DNA of 64,000 nucleotides. Origin: Cladosporium halotolerans (taxonomy: Eukaryota). The notes beneath the pieces were generated by a model that saw only the letters and a list, made by a program, of their open reading frames with translations, was not told the origin of the DNA and did not search any database. Below, piece after piece: positions 9,806 to 21,948 of the stretch. Position numbers and translations under genes: made by a program. The stretch is taken from the NCBI RefSeq assembly GCF_011745625.1, contig NW_027191472.1, forward strand, positions 1 to 64,000, given 5' to 3'. How positions within the stretch are numbered: position 1 is the stretch's first letter; each line of letters starts with the position of its first letter.

Positions 9806-12481
9806 GCTGTCCTTCAGATGGCCTCTTGCCAAACGTATGAGACTGCAATGAATGCTGTCGTCGCAGGTTCTTGGGAGGGACGCGGGCAGCTTTTAGAACC
9901 CCGACATGCTCGGCTCATCGACCGGAGGGAGGTGCAGATGGCACCGTCGCACTGCATCAGCCGAACAACCTTCAGCGCACGCGACAGGCGAATAAGCTCC
10001 GTCAGTGCGGCCCCAGGGTTGCACTGTTATCAATTAGCGAGAGTTTTGCGCGCCAGAAACGGTACATGATCGCCTACGTGCGCGAGAATCAGGTGGATGG
10101 GTGTGGCGCTCAAGGGTGGGGTTTATGCTACAGCCACTGTCGTCGTGCTCCCATCATTGGTACTTTGCCTCCTTATCAGAAGTGAGAATTAAGTGCCTTC
10201 GTAAAGGATGACAGTGCAGTGCACGATTGTGCTTCCCATGCGACAAGCGAGCTGCTCAACGGCTCACGTGGAAGATAGCAGCTGAGGTGCCATGATCTAG
10301 ACCTAAAGGCAGGACGGTTGAGTTTAGACTTCATGCGAAGCCAAGGCTAAACACGAAAAGCTAGCCATCTTGGCTGAATCCTTATTGAGGCTAAGGTTTT
10401 TCTTGGAAGGATACCAAGGCCATCCCAAGACAAGCCATTATTTGCTAGCAGCGGCTTGTCGCAGCGTCGGCCGTGCCACCGCCCAGCAATGTGAATGCTT
10501 GGTCGTGCTTGGGATTCTGTCACAAGGCTATCGTGCAACCTGAACAGCACGCTTCATTCAAGTGGCGAGGAGACCCCACCCGCGAGGTTGTGTGAGCCTT
10601 TGTCGCTACAGGGACAAGGTTATCACCTTACTGATACGGCATAGCGCATCCAGCGCCTCAGAGCCTCTGGCGGCGAAATGCGGTGCCCCTGTGGTCAGCA
10701 GGGTGCCCGCTTGCGACGAATTGCTGCCGACAGCCGAGAGGCGACGCTGCTCTCAGGTACGCGCGCCGGAGTAGCAGCAGAATTCAGCGTTAGCGTTGCG
10801 GCTGAGGTCGGCTTTGAGCGAAAATGGATGCTGGACGAGTTGCGGGTTGTTGAGGCAGACTGTGGAGTCTCAATGGCGAAGTAAGAAAAAATGGAGAAGG
10901 CGTGTTATGGTCGAAGTCTGTCGTCTCTCCCCACGGGGTGTGGTGAGGGGTGATTTTCAGGTCCACAATTCTCATCGGATGGCCTTGCTCGTTTGGATCC
11001 CCGAATGCAAGGTGTACTTTCCCCTCTGTTAAGCAAAAGCTCACATCTCTCTCGACGCTTTTGGGGTGCTTCAAACTCGCTTCGGCTTCGAGATTGTAGG
11101 CCCTCACCGCGAACATCCCTCTGCCATCTTTTCAAGCCTAGATCACCTTTCATCGTACGTTTCGGCGAGTACGGGTGATAAAAGAAAAATGCGCGCCGTG
11201 CTCGTTTGTTCTTCCGGACATAGGTCCGACGGTTCACAGAGGCGAAGCACGTGAACATAGCAACCTCTTAGGGATTCACTGATGCCGAGTGCCACCACCG
11301 GCCAGTATCGGTAGGGTTTTCTTCCGTTCACCACCAACACATACTGGAGAGGACGATCATCACCCAATCCCACTACTGCTTCTTCTTCCTTCATCTTCTC
11401 CGCGCTCTCATCCGTCTAAGGGCCCATATCTTTTAGAGATTGGGTATCCATTCTGAGCAACAATCAGGACAAGGCGTCTACATTCGCATTTCGCGCAATG
11501 AGAAATGCCCATCATTATCTTGCTGTTAGATGGCTGGATGCAAGAAGGTGCATCCGAGCAGCTGCGCGTAGCTAGTCACACCACCGCGCGGACTGTACAT
11601 GCTCGTAGATCTCCGCCGAGCGCATGGGGCAAAGAAACAGAAAACGGGCCTGATGGAAGCATTTCAGCCTTACGAGATGATGTCCAACCCTCCCAACCTT
11701 GGCGGAGGATGCACCTCGATGATTTCTAACATGAGCTGGTTCTACGCGATGAAGTATAGAGACGTGGACGCACTTGCTTGCACAGGTAGGAGCGTTTCGA
11801 AAATCCCTCCCAGCCACATGGTGTGCATGGGTCGGGCTCACATGCGAGTCGGGCGTGCAAGCGTGTTTCGAGAGCGTTAGTGGGAGGATTGGACTATTTC
11901 CGCAGAGCCCAAGTGTGGATCGGCGCTGGGTGCGGGCTTGCCGGCAGGGCTGATGGGAGTTGGCAGTGGGAAGTGGGATGCCATCCGTGGACCCGGTCGC
12001 GCAACGCGGATGAGGGTCTCCCTTGTCCAGCAGACTCGCTTCTCTGTTTCTCGGTGCCTGAGTAGCTCGCTGCAATCCCGTGCTTCTCTGCCTACATACG
12101 TCCGCACTCATATCGCGTCTGTATCGCATCCTCCCACCGGCTGCCGCAGTCCACGACTCAATCTATACAGGGGACGCTGGGCAGCACACCCCGCTGATTG
12201 GGCGCTATTGCAGTCGGGTGACGTACCACCCCTCCCCCTCGTGCAGGCCCAGCCTCCTGCAACATCCACGCACACGCTACCAACTCCATACTCCACCGCG
12301 CCTACATTTTCGCATCCGAGTCGCTGCGCCGCTCTGATATCATTTGCCTGCTGGCCAGAGCCTCCACCGCCAAAATTCATTCGGCGCCCGACCTCTCCTC
12401 ACCGAGCACCACGTCTGTCTCACAGCACCCCACCCACCCACCACCACCACCTCACCTCAACTAGCCTCGCCTCCACCGGCC

Positions 12482-14365
12482 ATGTCGCGCTTCGCTGGCG
12501 GCTACCGCTCATCCGCCGACGACCTGGCGTACGGTGACTACCCGCCCGCGCCTCAGAGATGGGACAGAGACCGCTTTGACAACTTTGGCCGCGGCCCCCC
12601 TCCACCGCCCGAGCCTCCCAGAAGTCGCTTCGAGGAGGATTACCGCTATGCTGAGCGTCCTCCTCCGGGCATCGCGGTGCAGGAGCGGCCCTACAGCCGT
12701 GGCCCTCCTGCCCGCTTCAACGATGAGCGTGAGCGCGACCGTATCTTCCAGGATACCTTCCACGAAAACCGCCCGAAGCGCCGGACGGACAGGGAGCTCT
12801 TCGGCGAGGTCGACCCTCGTGAGCTGGCGCAGATGGCCCTGACGCCTTACAGACCGAGGGAGCAAGAATTTGATCGCTTCGCGCCTCCGCCGAGGCCAGG
12901 CATGATCAGGCGCCAGAGCAGTTTGGATACCTTCGACCGACGCCCTGCGGGCCCTCGCTACGACAGAGAGGAGTATCGCATGCCGCCGTACACACCTGTC
13001 CCGCTGCCGATCAGGAAGCCGGATCACTATGACGAGTATCATTACCATAATCACCACCCGGAGCACGAGAACTACCGCGAGGTCGAGATCAAGCGTGAAC
13101 GGTCGGTACACCGCCGTGGCGGCCGCGGTCGTTCCAAGAGCCACAAGAGCTCCAAGGCTCCCTCAACCAAGGCACCCTCCACCGTGAGGTCTTCCAGCTC
13201 TTCTAGCAGCAGCAGCTCTAGCCTCGAGAGCGCCTCGAGGGTAAGCTCCTCACCTGAGCGCCGCGTCGGAAAGAAGGGCAAGACCCGCATGCCAAAGCGA
13301 TTGGTACACAGGGATGCTCTGCACGATCTGGCCTATCCATACGACGAAGAAGATGACTTCTTCCTGTTGCGCATCGCTCTGGAAAAGGACCAGATTGATG
13401 AAGTCATCAAGATCAGTGAGATGTACAAGGCAGGAGGTCAGTATGCCGTCTGAGAGCAACACAATGTCAATCGCTAACAGTACTACAGACAAGAAAACAG
13501 TCTACAAGTTTGAGGAGAAGGTTGAGGAAGCTCCAGCTCCACCACAGGAGGGCGGACACGAGGAGCTCATCCGCAAGGAATACATTAACCCTCCCTCGAA
13601 CTTTGCACCGTCGACCATCCGCTCCCACCACTCGCACCGTTCCCACCACTCACGGTCTCGCTCGCGACGCGCACCATCTCCCAGCGTCGCCCCCTCTTCC
13701 CACCACCACAGCCGCTACCTCTCGCCTCCCCGCAGCGAGCGCAGCCACCGCACTCGCAACCGCAGCGCATCCGAGGCCGTCGTGCAAGAGCGCAAGACCG
13801 TAATCGAAGAGCGCCCCGCCCCACCCGCCCCGCCGCAGGCGCCCGAATTCTACGAAGACCGCCGCACGATCATCGAAGAGCGCGCGCCGCCGCCCTCCTC
13901 GCACAGCGGCACGCTCGTCGTGCAGGAGCGCGACCCGCACAGCACGCGCGACATCGAGGCCGAGATCCGCGCTCTCGAGCTCGAGCGCCACGCCCTTCGC
14001 CGGGAGCGTGAGGACCAGGACAAGACGCTCGTGCGCGTGCGCGACCGCTCCACGGACGAGTACCAGCTCGTCGAGTACCGCGACCGCCGCGACAGGGAGA
14101 TATTGCCGATCGTCGAGCGCAACCCGAGCCCGCCGAGGAACGTCATCCGCGTGGAGAAGGATAGGAAAGGTAGGATGGCCTTGGTCCGGTCCGCTCATTG
14201 ATCCGTCGAATGTATTATGTTTTTGGTGGGTTTGACGCCATGATTGGATTTCTTCGAAATGATCGTTTCATCGGAGCATTCGCTGACGAGACTTCTTTTC
14301 TTGCAGAACGCCAAAGGGAGAAGCAGGCCAAGAAGGTGGCTATCGCAATGGCTACTCTTACTTGA
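12482..14365 (+). CDS. Conserved fungal Arg/Glu/Pro-rich protein of unknown function
   Basis: ORFs 12344-13453 and 13314-14201 join through intron 13437-13488. An ordered core KGKTRMPKRLVHRDALHDLAYPYDEEDDFFLLRIALEKDQIDEVIKISE is present. Optional last intron 14170-14306. Confidence 0.8.
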
Positions 14366-15378
14366 ATGGCCTTTTTTTTCGCCCTCTAATTTGGACCTTG
14401 CGGATTTCCATTTGATCTTTTCTTTTTTTACTCTTCAACAGTCCCGCAGAAGGGGAACGAATATACGGCCGAGCGAGCGAACTTTATACACGAGGATTCC
14501 TTTTTTTCCCTTTGATCATTACGGATCTGGTTACTGCAAGAAGAAAAAACAAAATTTCGCTATCGGGCAGGCACCGGGCGATATATGTTTTTTTTTTTTT
14601 TCGGACGGGAGGTACGAGGAGGCACTTTTGCGCCACGGCCTCTTTCTGGCAGTATGTCTAGATCCTGTCTCACGCTATTATTTAAGATTTTTACTTCATC
14701 CCATTTCTCAGTCTCGTGTATGAACGTCGATACGCCGTAGAGGCGCCCTCAAAATTTGTCGCGATGCGAAATGCGTGGTCAGAGGCTGTCTTGTTTTTGA
14801 GTTTGGAGTGAGGACACTTCACTTCCCGCCTTGGCACGGGCTTCACAAGCTTGGGATTTGATGGTTAGCGCAGTGGTCGATCGGTAAGAGCGTCAGTGGG
14901 TATTGCATTGAGTACATTGCAAGGCATAAGGGAGCATGGTGTGACAGAGGATTAATCGGCAGCAAGCACAACATCATGGCAAAGGTCTCCATCTTTCAGC
15001 AACGAAGTCCCTCCGCAGTCTTGCCCGCGGTGGTTTCCAACCACACTACAGCAGGTACTTTCAAATGTCTTTCCCGCCTGCTACGGATGACCGATCGCGA
15101 CTGACGAGATTCCAGACAAACAATCCGGCTGACAAACATCTTTGTGCCTTGACGCTCGCATGTCTTTTCCGCTTTATGAGAGACAATGCGCTTGCCATGC
15201 TATTGGCTTTGCTGACGCGCGTGAGGACAGCGACTGCAATTGACTTCCCGCTCCTATTTTTTGATGGCCGCCGCAAGGATAGATGTAGCGGGCGTCTCTT
15301 CGCGAGGTATTTGATCTTTCTGTTCTTTGTACATCGGTACGAGTCTTGTCTTAGGCATCAGATCACAACGAGATAATC

Positions 15379-16524
15379 ATGAGTAAAAGGACCTTTTCAG
15401 ACTCTGGCTTGGAGGCTGACGAGGACGACTATGGTTATGGGTACGAGGCCGACAATAGATTGGGAATTCCGACTCCCTTCTACTACAGGACTCCCGCGGA
15501 CAGGGAATATGGTTATGGCAACTTGCATGCTGGCTGGGACGCTTACGGATTCACCTTCCGTCGCCGTGGGAGCGGAATAGATTGGAATCAGGCAGTCGAG
15601 AATACTGGTTCCCCGAATGTTGGATCTGATTATGACGGTGAGGATATTGGTAACACCGCTTCCATGCATCAGCGGGCAGCAATGGGTGCTGCTCAAGAGA
15701 CCCTCCACGAATCTGCCCACGCGGACAATGCGCCTCGCTATACCGACCAAGACACCGGCAATGCTTCCGACGACAACTACCCGACCCTGTTGGATGCCAC
15801 CCACCATCACCACTATCACCATTACTACCATGACCACGACCCGGTGGTCGCGGACAACCTCCACCACCATCCCTACCACAACCATCCCCCAGCGCCCCCA
15901 GCAAATCCCCCAACCAGACCCTCCTCCGCCACCTCCAACCTCAGCTCCAACACCCTCACCAACGACCAACCCATATGGCACACGGCGACAACCCACTTCC
16001 TCACCCCGCCCCTCTCGGCCGCAACCCTCGCCCTCCCCGAGCGCAGCAACACCGCCGCCGGCCCATTCGCGCCTGTGCGCCGCTTCCTAGCCGACGTCGA
16101 CGCCCTCGCCATCCCGGCATCTGCGTCAATTCAGGAGCAACAACCCCAGCCCGCGCTGCATGCCCCGCTGTACGAGCCTCCCGCTTTCCCCGAGGATATC
16201 CTCGCTGGCACGATCGATCGTGAGCAGCGCGAGCCGCCCTGGAGTCCGCCGCACGAAGTCTGGGACGCGCAGCAGGAGGTCCGCGCAGAGTACGAGTCCG
16301 TGGCGGGGAGGTTGCAGCAATTGGTGAACGGGCCGATGTGGAGGACAGGGTGGGGCTGGGGGGAGGGTGGTCGGTGGGAGAGCGGCAGAGCACTGGCAGA
16401 TTCAGAGGACGACGGCCGCCGGGACGACCAGTTGCATGGCGTGGACATGCATTCCAGCGACCATCAGTTCGAAGCGTCGTCAGGGGCGTCGGGATACGAA
16501 AGCTGGCAGGCCGAGGGCCACTGA
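15379..16524 (+). CDS. Hypothetical low-complexity protein (His/Pro-rich)
   Basis: 381-aa ATG-initiated ORF with no recognisable domain. Confidence 0.5.
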   Translation: MSKRTFSDSGLEADEDDYGYGYEADNRLGIPTPFYYRTPADREYGYGNLHAGWDAYGFTFRRRGSGIDWNQAVENTGSPNVGSDYDGEDIGNTASMHQRAAMGAAQETLHESAHADNAPRYTDQDTGNASDDNYPTLLDATHHHHYHHYYHDHDPVVADNLHHHPYHNHPPAPPANPPTRPSSATSNLSSNTLTNDQPIWHTATTHFLTPPLSAATLALPERSNTAAGPFAPVRRFLADVDALAIPASASIQEQQPQPALHAPLYEPPAFPEDILAGTIDREQREPPWSPPHEVWDAQQEVRAEYESVAGRLQQLVNGPMWRTGWGWGEGGRWESGRALADSEDDGRRDDQLHGVDMHSSDHQFEASSGASGYESWQAEGH

Positions 16525-16681
16525 GAGCTAGTTGCACGCTGTGAACATGGACGCCGGCAGGCACGGCGCCCCAGCGACCACGACCTCAAAGCACTGCCTA
16601 CAGCTGCCAGTAAAGTGAAGGTCATGATCAGTCGCGCAGCGTGGAGCTGGACAGTGGGAAGAACCTGGATGACCACATCTC

Positions 16682-16943
16682 GCTCCTCGTCAGAGTCCTG
16701 GTCGAAGCCATGCACCACCTCGTCCAAGCCGTACAGCAACCCGTGTACCTCCCACCAAATCCATACACTAAAACCTCAGCCTCCAATCGCAAGTCTCTCA
16801 CCACTTCGAGCAGAGCAAGCACACCAAGAGTTCTACGCCGTGAGCCCGGCCAGAACCCCCAGCGACTAGTAGAACGAGCACGTCTTGCTCCTCGTCAAAG
16901 TCCTGGTCGAAGCCTTGCACCACCTCGACCAAGTCCCCCAGCA
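16682..16943. repeat. 57-bp imperfect direct repeat (2 copies)
   Basis: 16682-16738 versus 16887-16943, 50/57 identical by manual alignment. Confidence 0.85.
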
Positions 16944-17436
16944 CCCCATGCACTACGCCGACCTGGTGCATGCCGACCGCGAGTCCATGCCCCAAGACTT
17001 GGGATTTTTGCAAGTCCTGTGGCATGGAGTGGTGGTCGGTTTGGATCAGGTGGGAGTGAGCGGCGGTGGGGTTCGTGTTTGTGCAGGGGTTGGGGGGCCG
17101 GGAGTTTGTCAGTGGCGGAATTGAGGGAACGGCTCAGAATTGGGATGGGATGTATGGTAGATCTTGTTTTTTGTTCTTCGGAATTATTGGATATTGAAGA
17201 AAATTGATTAAAAACCTACTACCTGCCTCATCGTCTCGCCCTTGTCTCGACGCAGTGAACTTCAAACATGATTTGCCGTGGCAGCCGCGGCCAGCGCGGT
17301 GCCGTCCGATCGATTCGCTGAAGAAACCAGTGATGATTCCGCAGGTTCTCCTTCGGGTGCATTCTGATTGTCGAGCACTGCTTCTGCCCTCTCCCACCAC
17401 TGTTTGTCCAACTTTGCAGAATTTCATCCATCTTCG

Positions 17437-18897
17437 CTACCACTTCATCATCCTCGCGTGCTCACCGCCCGAGGCATCACCACTGGAAATCACCGCGCCC
17501 TCCGGTGGGGCGGGATAATACCACGCCGCAACAGCAATAAGCACGTAGACAAACACACTCAGCGCGCCCTCGAGGTAATCGCTCTTCTCGTCCCTCAAAA
17601 AGTTGCCGATGACGATGATCGCCAGGATCAGCACGATGGCGTCGAACATCTCGAAGTTGAGCCCCATGTTCTTGTCCAGCCCCCAGCCGACGAGCACGAC
17701 GAGCGGCGTGTTGAGCAGCGCCGTCTGGATGCTGGCGCCCAGCACGTGCGAGAGCGCGAAGTTCATCTGGTTGTCGTACGCCTCGTCCATGGCCGTCAGG
17801 TGCTCCGAGGCCTTCTCGATGACCGGCACGAGGATCAGTCCCATAAAGCTGTCGCTGACGCCGCGTTCGACGATGTACTCGATCTGCTGGACGAGGAAGA
17901 CGGCCATGAAGGAGACGAAGGTCACGCCGATGACGACGGCGATGGCCGCTTCGGTGAAGGTGAGCTTGTCCTTTGCGAGGTCTTTGTGCCGGTCGTGGTC
18001 GTTGTGCTCGTCGGCTTTGAGGATGTCTTCGTACAGCCCGTGGTGAGATCGTATCTGGAACCAGAGGTAGACGACGAAGGCGATGAGGAGGACGATGGCG
18101 GTGATGCGGGAGATGTGGAGGGCGCGGGTTTCGAGGAATTCGGGCTGATAGTTGGAGGCGAGGGAGTTGTAGAAGATGGAGGGGATGACGAGGCCCATGC
18201 CGGCGACGAGCATGAGGTTGCTGCCGACCTCGCTGACTGCTTCGTGGAAAGTCTGATTGGGGTGGAAGATGCCTCCGATGAAGAAGCAGAGGCCCAGGCA
18301 GAGAAGCAGGTTGGCGAGGATAGAGCCTAGAATGGCGGCTTGGATGATATGGATGCCTTGCTCGCCGGGCTGCTTGATCAGGACCATGAATAGGACAATT
18401 TCCACGATGGAGCCGAAGGTCGTTTCCAGCACTACGCCGAGCACTGTTGGCAGCTTGCGTGCTAGTTCTTGACCAGCAAAGCCGACGAGGTTGGCGCAGG
18501 GGACCATGCCAATGTATGCGGTGATGAAGACCCACAGCTTGATGGTTTCGCGTTGCATGTCGCAGCCGAAGTGGAGCACCATGGCCGCGATGGTGAAGGG
18601 CCAAAGAATATTGGTGAGCATGCTGATTTTCGACGACGACCTGCCGCAAATCCTAATGAACTTCCAAGGGTGAATCCAGGTGCGGCCACTCTCGCCGTCT
18701 TCCTGGACATATTTGGTCCTCTTTCCGCCTCTTCGGCGAGCCTCTTCGACGTCTGCCTCGTGCTTTTCGTGGGCGGCTTCCTGGTCGTCTGGCGATGGCG
18801 CATGGTCTTTGCGCTTGAAGACACTGATGTTCTTCTCTCGCCATGAAGGCGTATGTTGCGGTGCAGTCCCCGGCTGGGGCTTCGGTCGGGTCGTCAT
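17437..18897 (-). CDS. Ca2+/H+ exchanger (CAX/Vcx1 family)
   Basis: 486-aa polytopic ORF with alpha-repeat motifs ETTFGSIVE...ILGSILANLLLCLG and PVIEKASEH...VLGASIQTAL. Confidence 0.92.
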   Translation of the reverse strand: MTTRPKPQPGTAPQHTPSWREKNISVFKRKDHAPSPDDQEAAHEKHEADVEEARRRGGKRTKYVQEDGESGRTWIHPWKFIRICGRSSSKISMLTNILWPFTIAAMVLHFGCDMQRETIKLWVFITAYIGMVPCANLVGFAGQELARKLPTVLGVVLETTFGSIVEIVLFMVLIKQPGEQGIHIIQAAILGSILANLLLCLGLCFFIGGIFHPNQTFHEAVSEVGSNLMLVAGMGLVIPSIFYNSLASNYQPEFLETRALHISRITAIVLLIAFVVYLWFQIRSHHGLYEDILKADEHNDHDRHKDLAKDKLTFTEAAIAVVIGVTFVSFMAVFLVQQIEYIVERGVSDSFMGLILVPVIEKASEHLTAMDEAYDNQMNFALSHVLGASIQTALLNTPLVVLVGWGLDKNMGLNFEMFDAIVLILAIIVIGNFLRDEKSDYLEGALSVFVYVLIAVAAWYYPAPPEGAVISSGDASGGEHARMMKW

Positions 18898-20467
18898 GAT
18901 CGCGAGAGCAGATGTGCTGTGTGTGTGACTGAGACCCGGCGATTTAGAAGATCAGGATCCAAGCTAGGTGTCGTAGGGAGCCGCGAAATGGGCGTTTCGC
19001 TGAGGTGGGAAAAGTGAAGGTTGGAGGAAGGAGGTGAAGTCAGGCAGCAAGGCGTCCCCGAAGTGAGGAAGGCACGGTGAGGCGTAGGCCGTAGTAGCCC
19101 GCGATGTTTGGAGGGAGCGCGTGCAATCGCTTACAGCAAGCACATGAGAGATGTCAGGGAGTGACCTACGACTGCTACAAGAGTACGGGGAGAGAGTAGA
19201 GAAGAAGAAGTTCCAGGCCAACGCATTGACTCTGGTGCAGTCCAACCGCGCCATGTACATCACACTGCCTGACCGCCTGCGGCAAGCCTGTTTGCGCGCA
19301 TCGGACGCGCCTAATGAGCTGGCGCCATTCCTCGCTCGCCTCGGAGGTCGGGAGTTCTGCTCGATCTGCATGCCAGCGCGGCGAAAGCTTGGAACCTGCT
19401 TGGAAAGCCACTGGATCGTCATGCTTCTGGAAGCGCCCGCGGCCGGGTCGAAGCGAAACATGCGATGGGATGTCGGCGGTGGCAGAAAAGGAGGAGATTG
19501 CACTGCACTGCCACAGGCCCTGCGAGCCCTGATACAAAACAGTGACATCTGCATCCACCTCCCCACACAGCAATGCCACGAAAAGTGGAGAGAACGTGGT
19601 CTGCCGCGGTGGAGCTTGTCGAACCTTAACCTGATTTATGTTTTCTTGTCTTCGCTTCCATCCGCGCTGTCGCCCACTTCACTTGGCCCATGTCATGTTC
19701 AAGAAAACGGCTGGGCTGTCGAAAGGTCTACGCTGCGCTCTATGATTCTTGTAGAGGAAGGTCCCGATGTGTCTGGTTTCTTGTTCATATCTCCGGTACT
19801 TCCATGATCTACCAAGTGCGATCAGCAGTGGAGACCTGCTAGTAAAAGTATGTCTCGGCAGAACCCTCAACTGGCTCGAAAGGAGGTCAAGCCCACCTGT
19901 GAATACCAGCAGCACGACGGAATCTCAGAGCACTAGTATTGCTTTGTTGTTTGCGCCGCGGAGCTATCTCGGCCAGCCTGTCACGAAACAGCTACTACAA
20001 AAGATGGCTCGTCTACATGGATGGGATCGTCAGGACAGCCGCAGACTCCGTCATTGGTCGGTTGGGTACATGTAGTATATGAGGGTATTTGACCTCATGT
20101 TGCGGTCGGTATCGCGACTTGATCGACAGCGGATTTGTGGTCACTCCGCCTGTAAATTGACTGCAGCTGCTCTGACCATCCCTCCAGAGATGCTGCAAGG
20201 CCTGATAGCTTCGTCGGCAATTATAGCAACGACGATCGGAGTGCTGCATTTGCCATCGGGCCCATTGATCACATCGGACGGGCGGACATGCCAATTTGCC
20301 GATATGTTAGACAGCCAGTCCTTGCGCATCGACAGTCTGCGATCTTCGGAACACAAGCAGCTTCCTTTGCGATGACGGCGCTGATAGTCCAGTGATGGAC
20401 ACCACGTTCCTTCCGAGCAGCTTGAGGAGCATATAGCAAGCCTTGATGCTTTTTTGTCTTCCATGAT

Positions 20468-21505
20468 CTAGAACACAAGATCCCACACGACCAAAAACGA
20501 GCAGAACCCAACCGTGCTCCAGAACACCGCCTGCGCTGTGCTCCTCCTCTCACTCGCCCTCTTCAACTCCTTATTACCCTTGCCCAAATTATCCGTAGTG
20601 TCATAAGACTCCTGCACCAACTGCTCAATATGCTCACTCTGCTGCGACAGATTCGCATGCAGCGTGCCGTGCAACTCGCTGATCTCCAAAATACTCCTCT
20701 CGGCCTGCGAAATCTGCTCCATCTGGCCCTCATAGTACTGCAGCAGGTCCGCGTTCTCCGACTCAAACATCTGCAGCTGGTCCTGCGTCAGCTCCGCCGT
20801 GTCCTTCTCCTGCTCCTCCGCAGCCGCCTCCCTCTTCCCTCCCACACCCTCCCCCATCCCCTCCTCGCCATCCGCATACGGAATCCGCCCCCCACCCCGG
20901 CTCTTCCAAAGCGAACTCTTGCTCTTCTCCACCTCCCGTCCAACCCTCACCTCCATCATTTCCGCCTGCACCCTCCCCGCGTCCCCCAACCTGCTTTCCA
21001 AAAACATCACCACCGCGCCCCGAAACGCCGCCAGCGCCTTCCTCCTCCCCTCCTCCGCTTCCTCCTCCGGACTCCTAGCCGCCGCCGCCCCGCCCGCCGC
21101 CCACCGCCCCAGCGCCCCGAGCCCGTTCTTCGCGCGCTTCTGCAGAGCTACGCTCTCGAGCGTCTGGTTCCGCACGTCTTCGGCCTGGCGCAGCGCGGCG
21201 ATCGCCGCGTTGAGGCTGCGGAGCAGGTTTTTGGACGAGGCGTCGAAGGCGTCGCGCTCGGCGGGCGTGAGGGGCTGGGTGTGCGGGTTCTGGTGGGAGG
21301 CGGGTTTGCGGCGCGAGGGGGGAGCGGTGGAGAGGTAGGCGGGCCGCGTGGAGCGCAGGGTTCGCGTGAGGTCGGCGATGCGGGCGTGGATGCTGTAGGC
21401 TTCTTGGAGGAAGGAGTCGAGGGGGCGCGGGGGCTGGGAGGGCGGGATCGGGGGCGCGTTGTGGGTTGCGAGGAGGGTGTTGAGGGTGGGGGTTAGGTCG
21501 GTCAT
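20468..21505 (-). CDS. UFE1: ER t-SNARE, syntaxin-18/Ufe1-like
   Basis: N-terminal MTDLTPTLNTLL, SNARE coil (QLQMFESEN...AERSILEISELH...LGKGNKELKRA) and C-terminal TM anchor. Confidence 0.88.
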   Translation of the reverse strand: MTDLTPTLNTLLATHNAPPIPPSQPPRPLDSFLQEAYSIHARIADLTRTLRSTRPAYLSTAPPSRRKPASHQNPHTQPLTPAERDAFDASSKNLLRSLNAAIAALRQAEDVRNQTLESVALQKRAKNGLGALGRWAAGGAAAARSPEEEAEEGRRKALAAFRGAVVMFLESRLGDAGRVQAEMMEVRVGREVEKSKSSLWKSRGGGRIPYADGEEGMGEGVGGKREAAAEEQEKDTAELTQDQLQMFESENADLLQYYEGQMEQISQAERSILEISELHGTLHANLSQQSEHIEQLVQESYDTTDNLGKGNKELKRASERRSTAQAVFWSTVGFCSFLVVWDLVF

Positions 21506-21948
21506 TGTTGCGTTGCGGGGGTCGTGGGTTGTTTTGGCCGGGTCTGTGGTGGCTGTGGTTGAGGAAGAGGTGTATCGTGGCGGTTCGTTAGGTCGTTAAT
21601 TTGAGGCGGTGGATGTTGCGTTGGTGAGTGTAGGGTTGCGAGTGTTGATGGGAAAGCTGGGTATGACGAAGTTGGCGAAGCTCAAGCTGTCCCCTCAGAA
21701 AGTCAATCACTATCATCAGACTTGGAACATATCTCGACGAGACAGCCACAGGTGAATGTCTTTCACAATCTTGCAACACCATGTAGGAAATTTACTTCCC
21801 GCAATTGAGAACCTAGATCAAGAATGTTAAAAAGTGTCCGTATACCGACATTACTTTTAAGAGCCACGGAGCTATACACCCGCGATAATTTAAGCTAAAA
21901 GGGTATCATTTTAATACACGGCTTCCGCGCCATTGCCTCTCATTTGCA

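Noticed and set aside
14860..14950. A-box-like TAGCGCAGTGG suggesting a tRNA
   Set aside because: No B-box, cloverleaf or T-run terminator downstream.
18964..20464. Several 100-200 aa ORFs between the CAX and UFE1 genes
   Set aside because: No recognisable domains, conflicting strands and frequent stops. Most likely 5' UTR, intron and promoter sequence.
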